DNA of 62,634 bases from Candidatus Nanopelagicales bacterium. Lineage in GTDB: Bacteria > Actinomycetota > Actinomycetes > S36-B12 > UBA5976. Positions 9,737-20,044 of this stretch are shown here, piece after piece (positions within the stretch are counted from its first letter, which is position 1; each line of letters begins with the position of its first letter). A program made the position numbers and the translations under genes. The notes beneath the pieces were generated by a model, which worked only from the letters and a program-made list of their open reading frames with translations, was not told where the DNA came from and made no database searches. The stretch covers positions 1 to 62,634 of the forward strand of contig JAURFT010000004.1 of NCBI GenBank assembly GCA_030834185.1, given 5' to 3'.

Positions 9737-10552
9737 TTATCGAGTTGCCAAGAACCGACCCAGATCTTTTTCAGGATCCAGCACTGCACTTAGTAATTTC
9801 TTTGTGTATTCCTGCTGTGGATTGCCAAACAATGCTTCGACTGGCCCCTGTTCTACGACTTTTCCTGACTCCATCACCACAATGTCATCAGAGATAAAGG
9901 CAACCGTGCCCAAGTCATGTCCAATAAACAGATAAGTGAGTTGAAATTTTGCTTGTAGTTCTTTTAGCAGATTCAAAATCTGAGCCTGAATTGATAGATC
10001 TAGTGACGAAATTGGTTCATCTAAGATGATGAATTCAGGTTGTAGTGCAAGGGCTCGAGCAATGCTCACTCGCTGTGCCTGGCCTCCAGAAAGCTGATGT
10101 GGATAACGCATGGCGTAACTTGGCTCTAAGCCAACCATGACTAGTAATTCTTCAACTCGAGCTGACCGCTCCTCTTTACTACCAACTGCATGCACTACTA
10201 ATGGTTCGGAAATGGACTTCAAAACCGTCATTTTTGGGTTAAGTGATGAAAACGGATCTTGGAAGACAGTTTGCACTCGTCTACGGAAGGCCTTAAGTGA
10301 AGCACCACTTAATCCTGTTACGTCCTGACCATCAAACATAACACTGCCACTAGTAGGGGCTAACAATTTGGCCAAAATGGAGGCAACTGTGGATTTACCA
10401 GAACCCGACTCTCCAACTACACCAAGCGCTTTACCCTTTTTGATTTCAAAATCCACATGGTCAACAGCTCGAAGATTTACGCGCGACCCACGCTTTCCAA
10501 TCTTGTAGTCTTTAACTAAGTCTGTAACTTGAATTAGTGGTGCAGTTCCCAT
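9737..10552 (-). CDS. oppF: Opp/Dpp-type ABC transporter ATP-binding subunit
   Basis: GESGSGKS, FQDPFSSLNP, LSGGQAQR, ILDEP. Confidence 0.93.
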   Translation of the reverse strand: MGTAPLIQVTDLVKDYKIGKRGSRVNLRAVDHVDFEIKKGKALGVVGESGSGKSTVASILAKLLAPTSGSVMFDGQDVTGLSGASLKAFRRRVQTVFQDPFSSLNPKMTVLKSISEPLVVHAVGSKEERSARVEELLVMVGLEPSYAMRYPHQLSGGQAQRVSIARALALQPEFIILDEPISSLDLSIQAQILNLLKELQAKFQLTYLFIGHDLGTVAFISDDIVVMESGKVVEQGPVEALFGNPQQEYTKKLLSAVLDPEKDLGRFLATR

Positions 10553-11550
10553 CAGGCACCTTCCGCTGGGTTATGACATGAGAAGATGTGATTTACACTT
10601 TGCTTCGTTGGCTCAAGCCTTGGCACATCTGTTTTACATTTTTCAATTGCTCTTGTACATCTGGGGTGGAATGCACAACCCGATGGAATAGTGGCCAAAG
10701 AAGGTGGTGTGCCTGAAATAGTGGTCAATAGTTCTGCTTTGCTAGCACCGATTCGTGGCATGGAGGAAAGAAGTGCCTGAGTGTAAGGATGTTTTGGTGA
10801 TCGAAGCACTTCCTGAGCAGTGCCAGTTTCTACAATTCTGCCCGCATACATAATTGCAATTCGATCTGCAATTGCTGCTGCCACTCCAATATTGTGAGTG
10901 ATTAAAACAACTGCCATATCACGCTGATCACGGAGCCGTTGAATCAGCTCCAGCACAGCCACTTGGACTGAGGCATCAAGTGCAGTCGTTGGTTCATCAG
11001 CAATTAAGAGTTTAGGCTCAAGTGCAATTGCCATGGCAATCATCACACGTTGCCGTTGACCGCCTGATAGTTGATGTGGAAACTGGTTCGCGCGGCGTTC
11101 TGGATCTGGAATCTGCACTGAATCAAGCAATGAAACTGCTTGATTCCATGCTTCATCCTTGGACATGCCCCGGTGGACCTGAAAAATCTCAGCTATTTGT
11201 GCACCCACCTTGAAGCAAGGGTCAAGTGAAGTTAGCGGATCTTGAAAAATGACGCCAATTTTTTCCGCACGCAACTTTCGCAGCGATTCTTGATCTGCAC
11301 CAAGGATCTCATTTCCTTCAAACTCAATTGATCCAGTAATCCGAGCAGTGCTAGGAAGGAGGCCTGAAACGGCATGCACCGAAACGGATTTACCAGCACC
11401 AGACTCCCCTAATATAACGAAAGTTTCACCAGGAGCCACAGACCAGTTGGTAGTGTGAATGGCTTGCAACGGACCACTAGCAGTGTTAAAAACAACATCC
11501 AAATTTTTGATCGATACGACTGTGTCAACTTTTTGCTCAGCAAGATTCAC
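10552..11550 (-). CDS. oppD: Opp/Dpp-type ABC transporter ATP-binding subunit
   Basis: GESGAGKS, LSGGQRQR, IADEPTTALD, HPYT, C-terminal GCAFHPRC. Confidence 0.93.
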   Translation of the reverse strand: MNLAEQKVDTVVSIKNLDVVFNTASGPLQAIHTTNWSVAPGETFVILGESGAGKSVSVHAVSGLLPSTARITGSIEFEGNEILGADQESLRKLRAEKIGVIFQDPLTSLDPCFKVGAQIAEIFQVHRGMSKDEAWNQAVSLLDSVQIPDPERRANQFPHQLSGGQRQRVMIAMAIALEPKLLIADEPTTALDASVQVAVLELIQRLRDQRDMAVVLITHNIGVAAAIADRIAIMYAGRIVETGTAQEVLRSPKHPYTQALLSSMPRIGASKAELLTTISGTPPSLATIPSGCAFHPRCTRAIEKCKTDVPRLEPTKQSVNHIFSCHNPAEGA

Positions 11551-11551
11551 G

Positions 11552-12457
11552 TTAGATTTCCTTTGTTTGTGGATCTAATCGATCGCTGAGCCAATCACCA
11601 AACACATTCACGCAAAGAACTGTGAGCATAATTGCAACGGCAGGAAAAGTTGCAATCCACCAAGCAGTCTCTAAGTAATTTCGCCCCTCGCTAAGCATGG
11701 ATCCCCAAGTTGGTGTCGAGAGCGGCACTCCGAGGCCAAGGTAACTCATGGAACTCTCCGCAATGATGGTCTGAGCCACCACGAAGGTCCAAACTACCAT
11801 CATGGCACCGGTGATATTTGGCACGATGTGTTGAAATACGAGTCCGAATCCAGAGCGACCTGAAGAAATCGCTGCCCGATAAAATTCGCTCTCCTTTACG
11901 CTTAAAGACTTTGCATGCGCAAGTCGTGCAAATGGAGTCCAGAGCCAAATTACTAAGGTGAAGATGATTGTGTTAACTCCTGCGCCAACAATAGATACAA
12001 TTGCAATAGCCACAATCAAAAATGGAAATGCCGTTTGGATATCAACAACTCGAAGTATCACTGCCTCTTGCCAGCCTCGAAAATATGCGGCAATAAGCCC
12101 TAAAAATCCACCAATTAACATAGCTAAAGTTGCTGTTGCAAGACCTACTGCAAACGAGACCTTCCCTCCATGCACCAGCCGACTAAATACATCGCGACCT
12201 AACTGGTCGGTGCCGAGCAAGTAACTAACTCCTTCGCCAATTTCGAAAGGCGGCACTAGTCGATAGAGTAGATCTTGGTACGTAGGATCCTGAGGAACCC
12301 AAAGATTTGCCCCAAAACTCAATAGGGCGGCAGCACCAAGGAACGCTAAACTAATGGGGCCCGCTTGCCTGAACCATTTTTTGCGTCCAGGGCCTTTAGG
12401 CAGAGCATCAGACTTTGCTCCAACAAAAAAACTAAACGCTGACATTCGCTGACTCAT
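11552..12457 (-). CDS. oppC: Opp/Dpp-type ABC permease
   Basis: LGTDQLGRDVFSRL, ESSMSYLGLG, PTWGSML. Confidence 0.93.
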   Translation of the reverse strand: MSQRMSAFSFFVGAKSDALPKGPGRKKWFRQAGPISLAFLGAAALLSFGANLWVPQDPTYQDLLYRLVPPFEIGEGVSYLLGTDQLGRDVFSRLVHGGKVSFAVGLATATLAMLIGGFLGLIAAYFRGWQEAVILRVVDIQTAFPFLIVAIAIVSIVGAGVNTIIFTLVIWLWTPFARLAHAKSLSVKESEFYRAAISSGRSGFGLVFQHIVPNITGAMMVVWTFVVAQTIIAESSMSYLGLGVPLSTPTWGSMLSEGRNYLETAWWIATFPAVAIMLTVLCVNVFGDWLSDRLDPQTKEI

Positions 12458-12459
12458 AG

Positions 12460-13383
12460 CTAGTTAACCTTTGCCCTTAGCCTTGGGTCTACAAATTGAT
12501 ACAACAGATCTACGATCAAGTTAACTAGAACCACCATTACTGCAACTGTGAAAACCCCTGCTTCTAGCATTGGGTAATCTCGAGCCTTAACAGCGTTTAC
12601 CATCAGAGATCCAATTCCTGGCCAGGCAAACACAGCCTCAATAATCACCGCGCCACCTACAAACTTACCGAGGTCAATTCCAATTAGCGAAAGCATTGGC
12701 ACTGAGATATTGCGAAGGATATGCTTAAAACGAATTCTTCTATTGTTAAACCCGAGTGATTTTCCAGTCCGAACATAGCCACGGTTCATTTCCTCAATAA
12801 AGTATGCCCGTACCAAGCGGGTGTGCCTGGCCATCAATACAGCAGAAAGTGCAATAGCTGGCATGATGATGCTTGTTGGCTGCTCATTTCCAAAGCTTGG
12901 CAACCACTGCAGCCAAACTGAGAAAACCAAAATCATAAAGATTCCGATAATAAATGGTGGAATCGATTGACCCAACATCGACATCGACAAAATAAATCGG
13001 CCAGATGCATTCCGGCGCTTCACTGCTGCGAAGATACCCGCAGGAATGGCAACGAGCATGGCCAATGCAAACGCTACAAAGCTTAAATAAAGAGTTGATG
13101 GCAGGGCTTCCAAAATTAGTGGCATTGATGGCTGCAAATATATATATGAGTCGCCAAAGTTCAGTGTTGCTAATTTAATAAGGAAGGCAAAATATTGCTC
13201 AAAAATCGAGCGATTTAAGCCCAGTGACTCTCGAATGATTTCAATGTCTTCGGTAGTTGCTTCACTTCCAGCAACTGCCAAAGCCGGATCGCCACTTACC
13301 CTAACCAAGAAGAATAAAAGAGTGGAGATCCCGAGCACTACAAGTATTAGTTGTAGTGCTCGGGATCCTAGGACTCGCAGCAT
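12460..13383 (-). CDS. oppB: Opp/Dpp-type ABC permease
   Basis: GDPA...LGLNR, KHILRN, IEAVFAWPGIG, RDYP, DPRLR. Confidence 0.93.
   Translation of the reverse strand: MLRVLGSRALQLILVVLGISTLLFFLVRVSGDPALAVAGSEATTEDIEIIRESLGLNRSIFEQYFAFLIKLATLNFGDSYIYLQPSMPLILEALPSTLYLSFVAFALAMLVAIPAGIFAAVKRRNASGRFILSMSMLGQSIPPFIIGIFMILVFSVWLQWLPSFGNEQPTSIIMPAIALSAVLMARHTRLVRAYFIEEMNRGYVRTGKSLGFNNRRIRFKHILRNISVPMLSLIGIDLGKFVGGAVIIEAVFAWPGIGSLMVNAVKARDYPMLEAGVFTVAVMVVLVNLIVDLLYQFVDPRLRAKVN
13327..13367 (-). repeat. Perfect 17-bp inverted repeat inside the 5' end of oppB
   Basis: GATCCCGAGCACTACAA-gtattag-TTGTAGTGCTCGGGATC. Confidence 0.9.
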
Positions 13384-13394
13384 CTAGTTCTTTC

Positions 13395-15080
13395 TCAATT
13401 ACCGATGCTTACAAGGTCAATATTGCCACCAGCATCAATAAAGAATCGCTTGGTTGCCTTTTTGCCTGCCCAAATATCTGGAGTATGGATACCCCACAGG
13501 ATTGGTGCATTTTCCTTCAGAATCTTGCCAGCCTCACAGAAAGCTCGAGTTCGAGCAGGGCTTCTGGTTGATAGTGAAGATGCTTTAGCAATCAACTCGT
13601 CATATCGGGGATCTGAATGGCCAATGTTGTGAGTCGAGTAATTTGTGGTGTAGCGCGCCATCTGCACACCAGCATCTAAGTCAGGACTTGATGACATTCG
13701 CCAAGCGAATAAGTCCTTACGTGGAATAGCTCCACGAAGATAGTAAACATCCAGGAACTTAGAAAACTCCAGAACCTCTACTTCAACCTTGTCCACTGCG
13801 TCCAAGCGCTCGATCATTTGAGCGATTGCCTGTGCCATCAATACGTCATTAGTTATGTAGGCAGTGGATGTTTGGAATGTTAGTTTCAGATTGGATACGC
13901 CAGCCTGCTTCATGAGGTCATTGGCTTTCTTCATATCATATGGATAGGCCGTAACTTCGCGGCAATATCCAGTCAGATTGCTCGGCACAAGTTGTGCTTG
14001 TGCAATAGAGCCTAAACCACTATTAACGCGATCAATCAATGCCTGCTTATCGACGGCAAAATTCAGCGCTTGCCTTACACGCTTGTCAGCGAGTGGGCCC
14101 GATTTTGCCATGATACTCATGTGATAGGTCGCTGGCTCAATGATTGAATTCACAGCAAAGCTTCTACGCAATGAGGCAATGTCGTCAGTTGGAACTTTGT
14201 TCACAACATCTAAGCCACCTGACCTAAGTCCAGACATACGTGAGGCATCTTCAGGAATCACTTTGAAGACAATCTTGGTCGCGGCAGGAACTACACGAAG
14301 TGATGATGGATTTGGCTCAAGCACTAGCTCCACGTTTGGTGTAAAGCTGGTTGCAACAAATGGGCCAGTACCTACTGGTGCTCGCCAGAATGCTGCAGCA
14401 CCTTTGGCCGCAAATTCCTTTGGCGGCAAAATAGGTACAGTACCTAGAGCACGAGGCAATAGATATCTTGGTGCAGACGTAGTGATTTTTACCTTGTACT
14501 CTGACATAACTTCAATTCGAGTTATTTCAGAAATCTTTGCTCGCAAGCCTGCTCTGTTGGCTGGATTCAAAACCCACTCTAACGAGGCTTTAACTGCAGT
14601 GGCATTGACTGGTTCGCCATTAGGAAAGGTCTTACCTTGAATTAAATTGAATACCCAGGTTTTTGAATTGCCTTCCTGTGACCAAGAGTCAGCAACATTT
14701 GGCTTAACAATTGGCGTTCCGGTAGAGAGATCAACTCGGGTTAGCGCTGAGTAAATAGCACCCACGATAAATGAACGAGGTGGGGCACTAGCTGCATAAG
14801 CTTCCAGCGATGGCGGCAATGATCCGATACCAATGGTTACGGTTTTACCAGATCCACCTTTAAAGTACTTTTTCCAAACGCGCTTACCTTTTTTGGTAGC
14901 TTTGCAAATAAGAACAGTGTTGTTTACGTACTCTTGTTCTTTCAAATTGGTGCACTTAGCTCCTGCAACTGCAGTATTTGCTGAGGCACTGGTATTGAAA
15001 GCAGTTAAGACTGCGAAAGCCATAACAAAAGTTATGACAGCACTCACAGACTTTTTTGCAAATCCTGCTTTTGTTGCCAT
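13395..15080 (-). CDS. oppA: Family 5 (Opp/Dpp/Nik) solute-binding protein with extra N-terminal Cys-pair module and no lipobox
   Basis: FPNGEPVNATAVKAS, PVGTGPF, DKRVRQALNFAVD; signal ends TSASA. Confidence 0.92.
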   Translation of the reverse strand: MATKAGFAKKSVSAVITFVMAFAVLTAFNTSASANTAVAGAKCTNLKEQEYVNNTVLICKATKKGKRVWKKYFKGGSGKTVTIGIGSLPPSLEAYAASAPPRSFIVGAIYSALTRVDLSTGTPIVKPNVADSWSQEGNSKTWVFNLIQGKTFPNGEPVNATAVKASLEWVLNPANRAGLRAKISEITRIEVMSEYKVKITTSAPRYLLPRALGTVPILPPKEFAAKGAAAFWRAPVGTGPFVATSFTPNVELVLEPNPSSLRVVPAATKIVFKVIPEDASRMSGLRSGGLDVVNKVPTDDIASLRRSFAVNSIIEPATYHMSIMAKSGPLADKRVRQALNFAVDKQALIDRVNSGLGSIAQAQLVPSNLTGYCREVTAYPYDMKKANDLMKQAGVSNLKLTFQTSTAYITNDVLMAQAIAQMIERLDAVDKVEVEVLEFSKFLDVYYLRGAIPRKDLFAWRMSSSPDLDAGVQMARYTTNYSTHNIGHSDPRYDELIAKASSLSTRSPARTRAFCEAGKILKENAPILWGIHTPDIWAGKKATKRFFIDAGGNIDLVSIGN

Positions 15081-15157
15081 GCTGGTATTACTCCTTCTTG
15101 GAACGCTGACAGTCCCCTATTTGGAAAACATTCTTTGGACACCCAAAGAGTGCCATA

Positions 15158-15186
15158 AGGCTAATCAAGGACTGAAGCTGAGTCAA
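15158..15186 (-). promoter_or_regulatory. Housekeeping-sigma promoter for the opp operon
   Basis: Minus strand TTGACT-N17-TAGCCT, about 80 nt upstream of the oppA ATG. Confidence 0.55.
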
Positions 15187-15209
15187 TGACAATGTACTGG
15201 CAGAATTTT

Positions 15210-16166
15210 CTAGAAGCCAAGCTTGCGGTCATAAAGGCCAAGCAACTGTTGATTGGTTTTCCACCGGCCCAGATTGTTGCAAAATTGCTCTACCACTCGC
15301 TCGGCTCGCAATGGTGATCCACCTGCAATATGTGGGGTAATTACTAACTTTTGATTACTAAAAAGTGGGTTTATTCCTTTAATTGGCTCTGTTTCCAGCA
15401 CATCCAGCCCTGCGCCGTACAAGTGCCCTTCGTCTAACAATCGTAGAACATCTTCTTGCACTAGCAGCCCTCCGCGCGAAACATTTATCAGAACTGCTCC
15501 GGGTCGCAATTTAGACAGTCTCTCGTAGTTAAACCAACCATTATTTTTGGACGTCACCGGCAGTGTGAGACATATCACATCAAGCTCACCAAGGTAGTTT
15601 TCTAAGTGGTTGTTATCAATAAGCAAATCGACATGTTGCTTACTAACATTATTTAAAAGATCCACTCCAATAATTTTATGAAATTCGAAACTACGTGCGC
15701 GCTTTGCTACAGCTTGGCCGGCAGAGCCCATTCCTATTACACCAATTGTCCGATCTGTGAATTCCCATTGCTTTATCCGAATTTCTTCTCGATGCTCCCA
15801 GCCTGGATTGCGAACAGCTTCAGCTACACCTCGAGTAATGCTAAGCAGTAATGCAAAAGCGTGTTCAGCTAGATGGGACCCAACTAGACCGCGAGCAGAA
15901 ACTAATTTAATCGGCTTATTGCCAATGTATTCTACAATCTTATTTACACCAGCACCGACAGATTGCACCCAATCCAATTTGTTACCAAGCTCGATAAATT
16001 CTGGTTTGATATCACCAAAAATTACTTCTGCTTCTTTACTCAGTTCCATAGCTTCACTCAAGTCCCGAGTCAATTTGACCTCTGTGCCAGCGGCAGCGTT
16101 AATGATTTTTTCAAATTCAGAATCGGTAATTGGTGCAATTAAATCTAATGGGTAAACTAAAATCAT
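15210..16166 (-). CDS. D-isomer-specific 2-hydroxyacid dehydrogenase
   Basis: GMGSAG Rossmann motif, INVSRG, LDVLETEP, TPHIAG. Confidence 0.92.
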   Translation of the reverse strand: MILVYPLDLIAPITDSEFEKIINAAAGTEVKLTRDLSEAMELSKEAEVIFGDIKPEFIELGNKLDWVQSVGAGVNKIVEYIGNKPIKLVSARGLVGSHLAEHAFALLLSITRGVAEAVRNPGWEHREEIRIKQWEFTDRTIGVIGMGSAGQAVAKRARSFEFHKIIGVDLLNNVSKQHVDLLIDNNHLENYLGELDVICLTLPVTSKNNGWFNYERLSKLRPGAVLINVSRGGLLVQEDVLRLLDEGHLYGAGLDVLETEPIKGINPLFSNQKLVITPHIAGGSPLRAERVVEQFCNNLGRWKTNQQLLGLYDRKLGF

Positions 16167-16185
16167 AATTGTGGCCTTGTCCGGT

Positions 16186-16785
16186 TTATTTAAGCCTAGC
16201 TTTAGTTTCTGAACTGTGAATCATTTCTCCAACTGCATAATCAGCAATTACGCTGGTAAATTTATGAACTTCATCATCAGTATATGTCTCATCTTTATGT
16301 CTAGTGGGCAAAGTGCCACAAAGATCTGCTACAAACTTAACTCGATAATCGTGAGCAGCAGCATCGAATGCAGTGGCCAATATGCAAACATTAAAGGTAA
16401 ATCCACTGAGCCATACTTCATCGATTGAATTTTCTTTCAGTACGATATCCAGATCAGTGGCATAAAACGAACTATGTCTGGGTTTGAAAATGACGTAATC
16501 TTGTTCCAAAATTTCTAGTCGGCCATCCAGTTCGGCCCATTCCCCCAAGAAGGCTGCGTTCATCCCAGCATATTTCTCTGAGGTTCGTGTACCGAGTGAT
16601 AACTGTGGTCGAATTAGTCGGCTCATCCAAATTACGGGAAGTTTCCTACTTCGAAAATTACGCGCAGTCTCATTTATGCCAGCGATAATTTCATCTGAGC
16701 CTTTGACTGAAAATGGTGCGTTCGGTGCAGAAAAACGTCTAAGTGGATCAACCACAATAAATGCTTTTGATTTAGTTTCAGACAC
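16186..16785 (-). CDS. Isochorismatase-family cysteine hydrolase
   Basis: VVDPL, KPRHSSFYATDL, GFTFNVCI. Confidence 0.9.
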   Translation of the reverse strand: MSETKSKAFIVVDPLRRFSAPNAPFSVKGSDEIIAGINETARNFRSRKLPVIWMSRLIRPQLSLGTRTSEKYAGMNAAFLGEWAELDGRLEILEQDYVIFKPRHSSFYATDLDIVLKENSIDEVWLSGFTFNVCILATAFDAAAHDYRVKFVADLCGTLPTRHKDETYTDDEVHKFTSVIADYAVGEMIHSSETKARLK

Positions 16786-16894
16786 TGGAGAATTATCGCG
16801 ATATATCCGAGGCTTGTCCAGCCTATTGATTTCAATATGATTCTACCAACATGAGCAGCAACTGCTTTGTTTAGATTACTTAGGCCGAGAGTGG

Positions 16895-18283
16895 GTGCTT
16901 ATGGCTATAGAAGATTTGGAACAACTAATATTTAGAGATGAGCAAATAATAAATGCTGATCCAGCGCAGGTATTATGTTTTCAAGAGCAGCTCATGAAAA
17001 ATATGTTGCAATTGATTGCAAAGCAGCACCCGGTGTATCGCACCATGATCGCTGCCAAGCAAATTGAAATTCTGGATATAAAGTCTTTTGCAGATTTAGA
17101 TGAAGCATTTCCAGTAACAACCAAGGAAGAGTTTGTTGCCACCCCTATGTCTTATGTTCTGGAGGCTGATCCAGCAAATCAGAAGGATTATTTAAATTGG
17201 GATGTCACTTACACGGCTGGTACAAGTGGAGTTCCTGCACCAGTTTTTCAAAGTGCTTACGACTTTAAAGGTGTCCTGTTTGCTCATTTACGCATGGCTA
17301 AGTTACGTGGTATGGATCGTACTGACACGATATTCAATCTTTACCCACTGGCACCGTATCCACATGGTGGCTGGATTCGTCCATCACAAGCCGCCGCAGT
17401 GATTGGTGCCTCTGCGGTGGTTGGAATGTCAGGCAGCACATCTTCGTCTTTTCCAGTTTTGCGAAGGTTTGAAGAAGTAGTTGACTTAGTTGCCGCAAGT
17501 AACCCGTCCGTAGTATGGGGTGTTCCGAGTTATGTGTTAAAAGTATTGCGAGAGCTGGAAAAAAATAAGGTTCAAATTCCGCGGTTACGCTTAATTAACG
17601 TTAGCGGGGAGCCTTGTGGACCTAAATTGCGCGCACACCTATTGCAATCTGCCCAACATGTTTCAAATTTGCCCGTAACAGTCTCTGATAGTTTAGGTGC
17701 AACCGAAATGCAGTTCTCGTTAGTGGAATGCAGTGGTGGATTTGGGTTCCATAACCCAGTTCCTGAGATAGCTAGATTAAGTGTGATAGATCACAATGGA
17801 ATCGAGTTGCCTGATGGCATTGCTGGCAAACTGCAAGTGACACACCTAAATCGACGTGGCACAGTTCTGATCAAATATCTATTGGGTGATATCGCAATCA
17901 TGGACCAATCGCCTTGTCCGGGCTGCGGTTGGACAGGTGGCAGAATTATTAAACACCTTGGCCGTGAAGGAAAGTTTGTAAAAGTCCGCGGCCAAATGGT
18001 TAACACTCAAGCAATAATGGATTATCTAGAATCACTTGACTACATTTTGGATTACAAGGTGTCAATCAGCCAAGATGTGTCAACTGGCCTGGATCAAATG
18101 TCAGTTGACTTGGCTACCAAAACTGGTAACCTCTCAGTTGATGACAGGACAACCTTGTTAGCCCAATTAAGTGACCTAGCCGGACTGCGACTAAAAGTTG
18201 ATCTAGTTGAGTTAAATCAAATCTGGGAGCCAGAAGCAGGGATGAAGCCAAAACGCTTCGTTGATCTTCGAATTGCAAACTGA
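16895..18283 (+). CDS. PaaK-like adenylate-forming CoA ligase (paralogue of 7304..8656)
   Basis: YTAGTSGVP, SGEPC, LGATE, KYLLGD, CPGCGW, KPKRFVDLR. Confidence 0.85.
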   Translation: MLMAIEDLEQLIFRDEQIINADPAQVLCFQEQLMKNMLQLIAKQHPVYRTMIAAKQIEILDIKSFADLDEAFPVTTKEEFVATPMSYVLEADPANQKDYLNWDVTYTAGTSGVPAPVFQSAYDFKGVLFAHLRMAKLRGMDRTDTIFNLYPLAPYPHGGWIRPSQAAAVIGASAVVGMSGSTSSSFPVLRRFEEVVDLVAASNPSVVWGVPSYVLKVLRELEKNKVQIPRLRLINVSGEPCGPKLRAHLLQSAQHVSNLPVTVSDSLGATEMQFSLVECSGGFGFHNPVPEIARLSVIDHNGIELPDGIAGKLQVTHLNRRGTVLIKYLLGDIAIMDQSPCPGCGWTGGRIIKHLGREGKFVKVRGQMVNTQAIMDYLESLDYILDYKVSISQDVSTGLDQMSVDLATKTGNLSVDDRTTLLAQLSDLAGLRLKVDLVELNQIWEPEAGMKPKRFVDLRIAN

Positions 18284-18313
18284 TTAACTATCTCCTCATT
18301 CCCCCCAACACGA

Positions 18314-19180
18314 TTGGAAGCGAATCAAGAAATGATTATTGATGCCGTGTGCAACATGTTTACGCCTGAAATTTACCAATCTCGGCCAGATTGGACTAGA
18401 AAATTTCATACTCAGAAAATGAAAGTTGCTGGAGCAGTGCTTGATGGTGTCAGTATAAGTGAGCACGTTGAACTGCTAAATAAAGCTGGAATTAGTAAAG
18501 CCTTATTGATTGCAGCAAAACTTGGTAGACGTGGACTAGAAGACTCTTGGGAGTTAGATGCCGCAACTGTGGCATCTGCTTGTGAAGCTGAGCCAGATGT
18601 CTTTAAGGGATTAATGGGCATCAATCCATTTGATAGCGTTAAAGGAACCAAGGAGCTAGAAATATTTGTTAAGAATTATGGCTTTGTTGGTGCACATCTA
18701 TATCCACACTGGTTTGAAGAAGCTCCAGATAACAGAATATATTACCCATTTTATGCAAAATGTGTTGAGCTGAATATTCCAATTCAGATGCAGGTAGGCC
18801 GCTGCCAGCGCTATGCACATGAACGACCAATGCGAAATGTTGGCTTCCCCAGCAGTGTAGATCGAATAGCTTGCCATTTTCCTGACCTGAAACTTATTGG
18901 CATCCACGTTGGCTGGCCATGGACTGAGGAGATGATCTCAGTTGCTGACAAGCACGAAAATGTGTTTATTGGCACTGATGCTTATGCGCCAAAATATCTA
19001 GGTGACTCGTTAATTAATTACATCAACTCATGGGGAATGAAAAAAGTTATTTTTGGTACTGATTGGCCAGTAATTCCATTTGATCGAGCAGTAAAAGAAA
19101 CAAAGGATTTAGGGCTAAGCGATGAAGCACTGGAGCACCTGTTTACATTGAATACTCAACGAATTTATGGATTGGAATAA
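18314..19180 (+). CDS. Amidohydrolase_2 family protein, short CouO-like subfamily, lacking HxH
   Basis: IIDAVCN, GAHLYPH, YYPFYAKCVEL, IHVGWPW, FGTDWP; start may be the ATG at 18332. Confidence 0.85.
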   Translation: MEANQEMIIDAVCNMFTPEIYQSRPDWTRKFHTQKMKVAGAVLDGVSISEHVELLNKAGISKALLIAAKLGRRGLEDSWELDAATVASACEAEPDVFKGLMGINPFDSVKGTKELEIFVKNYGFVGAHLYPHWFEEAPDNRIYYPFYAKCVELNIPIQMQVGRCQRYAHERPMRNVGFPSSVDRIACHFPDLKLIGIHVGWPWTEEMISVADKHENVFIGTDAYAPKYLGDSLINYINSWGMKKVIFGTDWPVIPFDRAVKETKDLGLSDEALEHLFTLNTQRIYGLE

Positions 19181-19183
19181 GGC

Positions 19184-20044
19184 ATGAGCGAATTAATTAT
19201 CGATGTATCAGTTCATTTAAATGACCAGTCAGCCAAAAGCGCACAGGCCCAATGGGAGCGTCCGCTTTTGAATCGAATTCATACTCCACACACGCATGGC
19301 AGCAAACCAATCTCACTTGATGACCAAGTAAGCCAGATGGACCAAGCTGGCATAACCGCAGCTTTATTAGTTGCTACAAAAGTTGGTCGAGCTGGTCTTC
19401 CTGGCAGCTGGCACGTTGATCCAGCTGTTGTGCTCGAAGCAACTACAAAATATCCAAAGCGATTTTTTGGTCTCATGGGAATTGATCCATTTGCTGGCAT
19501 GAATGGCGTAAAAGAACTAGAGCGCTATATCGTGGATCATGGCTTTGTTGGTGCTCATGTTGTTCCACACTGGTTTGGTCTTAGCCCAGATGATGAAAGA
19601 CTGTTTCCGTTTTATGCTAAGTGTCTTGAACTTGATATCCCAATTCAAATCCATATTGGTTCATCGCTAATTCACACACCAGCTCAACAGTTGCCAAGTT
19701 TAGGAAGTCCAAACAGCTTAGATGAGATTGCTTACACGATGCCATTTTTGAAAATGGTTGCAACCAATAGTGGTTGGCCATGGGTGGAAGAGTTGATTTC
19801 AGCTTCGAACAAGCATGAGAATATTTATGTTGTGGTAGATAAGCACCCAATCTCTGCTCTTGGTTGGCCCATGTTTAATTTCCTAAAATCATGGGGCATG
19901 AACAGGGTGCTTTTTGGTGCTGACTTCCCATCTCGCAGGTATGAAGAAGTGCTAGCTGAAGTTAATTCATTAGGTCTACCAGAAAAAGCAAGGCCAGGAT
20001 TAATGGGACAAAATGCAGTTGATCTCTACAAATTAAACTTTTGA
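19184..20044 (+). CDS. Amidohydrolase_2 family protein, short CouO-like subfamily
   Basis: IDVSVH, GIDPF, PFYAKCLELDIP, TNSGWPW, FGADFP. Confidence 0.85.
   Translation: MSELIIDVSVHLNDQSAKSAQAQWERPLLNRIHTPHTHGSKPISLDDQVSQMDQAGITAALLVATKVGRAGLPGSWHVDPAVVLEATTKYPKRFFGLMGIDPFAGMNGVKELERYIVDHGFVGAHVVPHWFGLSPDDERLFPFYAKCLELDIPIQIHIGSSLIHTPAQQLPSLGSPNSLDEIAYTMPFLKMVATNSGWPWVEELISASNKHENIYVVVDKHPISALGWPMFNFLKSWGMNRVLFGADFPSRRYEEVLAEVNSLGLPEKARPGLMGQNAVDLYKLNF

Noticed and set aside
14140-15189. Long antisense ORFs (166 and 118 aa) and the many similar ones across the window
   Set aside because: They lie opposite well-supported genes and show no motifs or SD; expected shadow frames.
7304-18283. Secondary-metabolite biosynthetic cluster reading of the ligases, SnoaL and cyclase genes
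   Set aside because: No carrier protein, NRPS/PKS or precursor peptide; two ABC importers favour catabolism, although biosynthesis is not formally excluded.
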